A stretch of 31,169 nt of DNA from a virus. Lineage: Duplodnaviria; Caudoviricetes. The stretch is from positions 1-31,169 of IMG/VR virus record IMGVR_UViG_3300032318_000128. One strand, written 5' to 3'. A model generated the notes under the pieces. The model had not been told where the DNA came from. It worked only from the letters and a program-made list of their open reading frames with translations, and did no database searches. Made by a program: the position numbers and the translations under genes. Each line of letters begins with the position of its first letter. Position 1 is the stretch's first letter. This document shows, piece after piece, positions 26,310 to 31,169 of the stretch.

Positions 26310-29300
26310 TCATTTCCTCTTGGGCTTGAGGGAATTTATAGCAGACTTACCGTCCTTGGTAAATCCACGTGTTAGGGCAAGGGCTTTGTTGACAGAGCCA
26401 CCATCAGCTTTGACGAGTTTTGGTTTGCCGCCGACCTTGTCGTATTTGTGCAGGTTGTTTTCAAACCACTCCAACGGGACAGTAGTGACCTTTCTGTCCG
26501 CGTCTTGTGTTTCAAACTCCAGTGCAGGGTAATGATTGTTGAACAGTTTCGTCATGTTTGGGGATGAACTGACGTGTTTTACAGTAAATCCTACAATTTT
26601 TTTGGGATCGTAATTGGGCAAACCGTTGTATTTAAACATGTCGCCCATTTGAAAATTGTCAAACGCGCCACTGGCGTGCGCCATGTCAAATGCCTTTTGT
26701 GACGCTGCGTACTTTTCTGCCAGGTCGGCAAACATATTCTGAGCGCCATAACTGTGGTCGCCCGACGTAATGTCCCGCTTGGTGCGTACTGTTGACAGGT
26801 CCGTTACGTTGTTATCCACCTCGCCACCCTCTGCTTTGCCAACCATGCCGCCGTATTCGTATTTGTCTACTACCTTTACAGGGTCGTGGTGGAACATGAC
26901 GTAGTTGTGCGTGAGATCGCCATCAGACAGATTGCGTGATCCAGCGTCAAGGTAGCGGATTCCTTTAAGGCCAAGGTCAGACAACTCTCCAGAGGCAAAC
27001 TCCTGACCTCTAGCATTGCTTCCATAAATATTTCCATCGTTTGGTTGGGCTATATTTACCATATGCTGGTAAATGTGTGACCCGCTCGGTTCAATGCCAG
27101 AACCTGGAATTATTTCTTGTGGGATTTTTTCTGACGCTGGACGCCACCTATTCCATTCTTTGATTGCCCTTTGCACTTTCGGATGCTGTTCCGACAGCGG
27201 CTTGTCCCAGTCTAGCAGTTCATGTGGGCCTGCGTTGATTTTTACCTTGTACATATGGCCTTTATCAGGCTGTGCATATTCAGAGCGAAGAAAACCAGCA
27301 AGACGCTCCGCTCGGTCATGAACCTCATTTATGTCATTTACAAACATGGGGTTAAATTTTTCATCAAGCTTTGAAATATGATTAACTCCAGCTTCTTGAA
27401 GCCCACTTTTGACTTGGTTTTGCAATCTAGCCAAGGTGTTGGTTAATTCACCTCTATTGCCTCCACTTTTTTCAAAAATGCCAACAACATCGTGTCCAAA
27501 TTTATTTGCAGCCTCGTCAGAAGTTCCAAGTGCTGTGTACTGCCTCCCAGAGAGCGTATCCCTGTAGTGTTTGGCAATTTTCTCGTTTCCAGCGAAATAC
27601 AGGCCATGCCCATAGGCTTGTGCGCCCTCACCCGTGCCAAGGTTTGCAATGTTAAACTGGTTAAAGCTGTGCGGGCTGCCGTGGTATGCGGTAATGCCAT
27701 CCTTGTCGTCGTCAACCTCGCCACCGCCAGCTTTGTTCATGTGCTTTTGTTTGGGATCAAAATTGCCGTTGTTGAAGATTGACTTGATCTGCTGCGGTTC
27801 CTTCAGGGCCACCACGAGGTCACCATTGTAACGGGCGGGTATCCACGAGTCATGCCCCTTGGCGCGAAGCGTGTCGAACCAGTCGGACTGGGCAGCCTTG
27901 TAATTGTCGCGCAAATACTCTTCTGGCAATTCCCCAGTGTATGGGTTCTCGGCCTTCACATAGGCGGGGATCACGCGGGATGCGGTGTTAGTGGGCGTCA
28001 GCTTGAAGCCTTCGCGCTTGTATCCTTGGCTGTCGTTCTGCTCGGCATATTGCGATGCCACTTCAGGATCGCGGGTGAACCACGCGCCATGACGCCCCAC
28101 GTTGTGCGAGGTGAAGTCTTTGTCCTTACTGGTGCCAGTGTACAGGACATGCGGCTCACCATCGGTGTGGGTCACGCTGTTGCCAAACCAGTTGCGGAAC
28201 TTGTCGGTGTCGGTGACAGCGCCACCGCCTGCCTTGGCAACTTCAGGGCTGTCAGATGCCATGCTGAACACCTGATCTGGATGCATGGGGCCGTCAACGT
28301 TTTCAGCGCCATTCCAGTATCTGACCTCGGCCTTGACCTTTGGGATGCCAAGGGTGTGCGCCACCGCGACCCGTGTGTTGCCCTCAAGCAGGTATGGCTG
28401 GCCGTAATGGTTCACCGCCACCACAACCTTGTTGCCCTTCTGATCGTGGTCAAAACCACCTTCCTGCGCATCAGACATAAGCCTGTCGTATTTATGGACG
28501 CCCGCAGTCCGAACTTCATCATTTAGGCCAGCGATTCCCTTCAAGATATGGGTAGGCAGGAACATGTCCGATCTGCCGCCAATGACGCCCGTGGTGGCAC
28601 CGACGACAAACTTTCTGTCTGGGTGCTGGGCAGCCCTTGCCTGCTTGAACTCAAGCCATTCACCGCCTGGGTTATCTCTGGTGAAATCTTGCTTGCCTTC
28701 AACCTCGCCACCCTCGGCTTTGGTAACCGTCTGCGGCTGAATGGCAGATGGGTCTGTGACAATGTAAGAGTGGTCAGGGGTGACACGACTGGTCATCCTG
28801 CCCTCTTCCATGTCCTTCCATGTCGGACCAGAATCAAACTTGTTCATGTAGCGCAGGGCTTTGATGTTTGACTTGGCCATAGCCTTAGAGAACAAAACGT
28901 TTTGTGCCTTCATTGTTTCGTCAGGGTGGCTGATCCTATTTTCAATGTCCTGAAGACCATCAAAGGTGCTGTTGAACGTGTCAGAATCAATCCTGCCAGC
29001 ACCATGAAGATGCTCAAGGAGGTCATAGAAATCAAACCTGTTTGATGCCGCAGGAATGTCAACAATCTGATCTGGCCTTGCATTGATCCTGAATGCCCTT
29101 GGCAAAACCTTTTCCGCCATGTCTGACCGACCCATCAGAGATTTGACGGCTGCGTTGTGTGCCAAGTCTGGGTTTGCAGCAAAGTGAATGCCAACGTCAC
29201 GGGTGCTAGGGCGGAACTGGCCAACAATATCCTCTGGGGATGCGTGATAGGCGGTGATGCCGTCAGCGCCATTCTCGCGGCCACCATCGGCATGGACGGC

Positions 29301-29435
29301 GCGGGGAACGTTAGGCAGGTATTTGGACGGGGCGATCTGGCCGCCTGCGCGGCCCACTGCCGTGGCGTGGCGGTTCCTTTCGAGCATACCGCTGAGGGTC
29401 AGCTTTGCAGCGCGGATTGCCTTGTCTTTGTCCAT
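26310..29435 (-). CDS. Polyvalent multidomain protein: ART-like, ParB-like, ART-PolyVal-like, ART-like and unknown domains joined by GG linkers
   Basis: 1041 aa. AYHAS..GIHFA; LLEGNTRVAVA..LG; FRNWFG..LYTGT..GAWFT..A..YA..QIKS..N.GNFD; AYHGSPH.F..F...GTGEGAQAYG.GLYFA..GIRYLD. Confidence 0.8.
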   Translation of the reverse strand: MDKDKAIRAAKLTLSGMLERNRHATAVGRAGGQIAPSKYLPNVPRAVHADGGRENGADGITAYHASPEDIVGQFRPSTRDVGIHFAANPDLAHNAAVKSLMGRSDMAEKVLPRAFRINARPDQIVDIPAASNRFDFYDLLEHLHGAGRIDSDTFNSTFDGLQDIENRISHPDETMKAQNVLFSKAMAKSNIKALRYMNKFDSGPTWKDMEEGRMTSRVTPDHSYIVTDPSAIQPQTVTKAEGGEVEGKQDFTRDNPGGEWLEFKQARAAQHPDRKFVVGATTGVIGGRSDMFLPTHILKGIAGLNDEVRTAGVHKYDRLMSDAQEGGFDHDQKGNKVVVAVNHYGQPYLLEGNTRVAVAHTLGIPKVKAEVRYWNGAENVDGPMHPDQVFSMASDSPEVAKAGGGAVTDTDKFRNWFGNSVTHTDGEPHVLYTGTSKDKDFTSHNVGRHGAWFTRDPEVASQYAEQNDSQGYKREGFKLTPTNTASRVIPAYVKAENPYTGELPEEYLRDNYKAAQSDWFDTLRAKGHDSWIPARYNGDLVVALKEPQQIKSIFNNGNFDPKQKHMNKAGGGEVDDDKDGITAYHGSPHSFNQFNIANLGTGEGAQAYGHGLYFAGNEKIAKHYRDTLSGRQYTALGTSDEAANKFGHDVVGIFEKSGGNRGELTNTLARLQNQVKSGLQEAGVNHISKLDEKFNPMFVNDINEVHDRAERLAGFLRSEYAQPDKGHMYKVKINAGPHELLDWDKPLSEQHPKVQRAIKEWNRWRPASEKIPQEIIPGSGIEPSGSHIYQHMVNIAQPNDGNIYGSNARGQEFASGELSDLGLKGIRYLDAGSRNLSDGDLTHNYVMFHHDPVKVVDKYEYGGMVGKAEGGEVDNNVTDLSTVRTKRDITSGDHSYGAQNMFADLAEKYAASQKAFDMAHASGAFDNFQMGDMFKYNGLPNYDPKKIVGFTVKHVSSSPNMTKLFNNHYPALEFETQDADRKVTTVPLEWFENNLHKYDKVGGKPKLVKADGGSVNKALALTRGFTKDGKSAINSLKPKRK

Positions 29436-29615
29436 TTACTTAAACTCCGACCTGTAGGTTTTATTTGCAGCCTCTGTCACGGCAGGGCAAGCAATGCCAG
29501 TTTGTTTTCCAAGCACTTCTTCGAGATGGTTGAAACTTGGAACAAGAATGTTTTCAAGCTTTGACTTGTCGATGCTGTGGTAGTTTGCCCGCAAATATTC
29601 CTGTGTCTTGCTCAT
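29436..29615 (-). CDS. 59-aa hypothetical protein (absent from the ORF track)
   Basis: MSKTQEYLRANYHSIDKSKLENILVPSFNHLEEVLGKQTGIACPAVTEAANKTYRSEFK exactly fills the gap between the portal stop and the next ATG. Confidence 0.65.
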   Translation of the reverse strand: MSKTQEYLRANYHSIDKSKLENILVPSFNHLEEVLGKQTGIACPAVTEAANKTYRSEFK

Positions 29616-31169
29616 TTACTTCCCCTGTTTGCGGAGTTGCATTGCCAGTTTGACGGCGTCGGCGGCGTGGTCGCGCTGTTGCATGTCGCGCTCGTGCTGC
29701 ATCCGCACGGCATCGTTCATCTGATCGCGGTCCATGCGCATCTGCTCAACGCGCAAATCCTTGTCGCGGTCGAGGTCGCGGTTCTGGTCGTTCATCTGAT
29801 CGCGCTGCATACCGTAATCTATTTGCTTGGCCTTGTTCTGCTCGGCCAGCATCTTGGATGGGTCCATGGGTTGCCCTTGCGGACCCTGCGGTGCGCCAGA
29901 TTTTGACTGTGCGCCAATCATGGCTGCCTGCGCACGCATGGTGTCAGCGTCAGCCCTCTGGTGGGCGATCTTAATCTCCTCAACGCCCTTCAGGAACTCA
30001 GGCGGCGGCTGCTTGGCCTCTTGCGGCTTCAAGAACTGCTCAGGGTTTGACCAGCCAATTGCGCGCAACGCGGCCTTGTCGATGGCTTCCTCGTCATACA
30101 TCTGCGGGTTTGCGGCCTGCAGTTGCTTCAACGCCATGATCTTCATCACGCGCTGGGCGTGGCTTGACGTGTTTGGGTCTGCCTGTGGCACCAACTCAAC
30201 GTCGTTCAGAGCATGCATGAACAGTTCCTCATTCCACTGGACGGTGGGCTTGCGGTTGCGCTGCCAGAAGCTTTCGGGATGCTCACGGAAGCACTTCAGC
30301 AGCAGAGAAAACTCCTCGGCCTGAGCCGAGTGCATGCGCTTGTGGACGGCGTTCATGATCTTGGTGGCTTGGTCGATCATCGCCAGAGTGGTGCCTACAG
30401 GCGCATCGGCGCGGCCCTCACCCACCTGAGCCTCGGATGTCCCGCCCACACGCATGCCAGTCTGTGACATGTTTTCCACCAGCGACATCAGCGCCTGCGA
30501 CGGTTCCTTGTACGGCAGGGGCATGACGGCCTGATTGATTGGCTGTCCGCCAGTCTTCACCTGCGCCGACCCGCCTGGCGGGATGCGGAAGATGTTGGTG
30601 TTCTGGCGCGATCCTGTGTCGCTGACCAGAAAACCTGGGAAGTTGGCGTACATGCCAGCGTCAAGAAGTTCGCGCCACGCGGCGGTTATGGCGTTAGTGG
30701 TGTTGCCGAGGATGTGCAGCAGGCCGATGTCATAGAAGCCGAGGCCTGGCACAAACGTGTACTTCACGAAGTTGGTGCGCGCCTCTGGCAAATCAGCGGT
30801 GTCCTGATCGAAGTTGCGGGTGATCGACAGGATTTTGCGCGACGACACGTCGATGGTCACGCGGTACGGGATTTCAAGGCCGCTGGCCTTTCCCTTGTAC
30901 TTGTGTTCATACCCGCTGATGTCCAACTCGCAGTATACCTCGTAAATCTCGCGGTCGCGGTCTTCAGGGTTGGCCGACGTGGCGGTGATGCCTTGCTGAG
31001 AACTCTTAGCGTCCTGAGCGGCGTCGGGCGAAATCTCCTGAGGTGTGGACAGGTCGGTGTCATCATAGACGCCAATGATCTGCAGGCGCTTGACCGTGCT
31101 TGGCCGCATATAGACGCGGTGCGTGACGCGCTTGGCGTTGGACAGGTCGGTGGCGGCGCTGTTGACGAT
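29616..31169 (-). CDS. Portal protein (P22-like), 5' end outside the window
   Basis: Frame is open to the window edge (IVNSAATDLSNAKRVTHRVY precedes the track's Met). FVKYTFVPGLGFY, LLDAG..AN.PG, PLPYKEPS, APVGTTLA, VP.ADPN. Gln/Asp/Arg-rich helical C-terminal extension. Confidence 0.9.
   Translation of the reverse strand: MVNSAATDLSNAKRVTHRVYMRPSTVKRLQIIGVYDDTDLSTPQEISPDAAQDAKSSQQGITATSANPEDRDREIYEVYCELDISGYEHKYKGKASGLEIPYRVTIDVSSRKILSITRNFDQDTADLPEARTNFVKYTFVPGLGFYDIGLLHILGNTTNAITAAWRELLDAGMYANFPGFLVSDTGSRQNTNIFRIPPGGSAQVKTGGQPINQAVMPLPYKEPSQALMSLVENMSQTGMRVGGTSEAQVGEGRADAPVGTTLAMIDQATKIMNAVHKRMHSAQAEEFSLLLKCFREHPESFWQRNRKPTVQWNEELFMHALNDVELVPQADPNTSSHAQRVMKIMALKQLQAANPQMYDEEAIDKAALRAIGWSNPEQFLKPQEAKQPPPEFLKGVEEIKIAHQRADADTMRAQAAMIGAQSKSGAPQGPQGQPMDPSKMLAEQNKAKQIDYGMQRDQMNDQNRDLDRDKDLRVEQMRMDRDQMNDAVRMQHERDMQQRDHAADAVKLAMQLRKQGK

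Larger units (their letters stand above)
1..31169 (-). mobile_element. Tailed phage genome segment (podovirus-like structural and lysis module)
   Basis: Co-oriented, overlapping genes for portal, scaffold, major capsid, adaptors, tail hub, fibre/spike, endolysin, spanins and ejection proteins. No host housekeeping genes, integrase or att site seen. Confidence 0.97.

Noticed and set aside
319-30735. Numerous plus-strand ORFs in the track (for example 2157-2786, 27852-28526, 29827-30324)
   Set aside because: All lie antisense to well-supported minus-strand genes, lack recognisable motifs and are typical shadow ORFs of GC-rich coding DNA.
1-31169. tRNA, rRNA, integrase/att site, terminase
   Set aside because: None recognised in the window. 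The terminase probably lies beyond the right edge, upstream of the portal, and prophage versus free phage cannot be decided.

Overview
The whole window is the virion-morphogenesis and lysis region of a tailed dsDNA phage of podovirus type (P22-like portal and tail hub, Mu gpT-like major capsid protein). The host is probably an alphaproteobacterium (inference). All real genes are on the minus strand and are tightly coupled by TGATG/TAATG/ATGA junctions. Transcription order, right to left: partial portal, 59-aa ORF, 1041-aa multidomain protein (ART-like and ParB-like domains), 533-aa protein with an overprinted 69-aa ORF, 544-aa basic low-complexity protein, GroES-like chaperonin, scaffold, capsid genes, a pseudoknotted RNA, small virion genes, an inserted HNH endonuclease, adaptor, tailspike, tail fibre, lysis cassette, metallophosphoesterase plus DUF6378-like gene, second adaptor, tail hub, GNAT and a 1256-aa ejection protein. 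The most striking signal is a five-residue linker ending in Gly-Gly (KAEGG, KAGGG, YADGG, MKSGG). It recurs in five putative internal-virion proteins and separates swappable domains and peptides, suggesting a polyprotein cargo system. Two gene insertions also left duplicated, recoded ends of the genes they disrupted. No database searches were possible, so family names come from motif recognition and need confirming.
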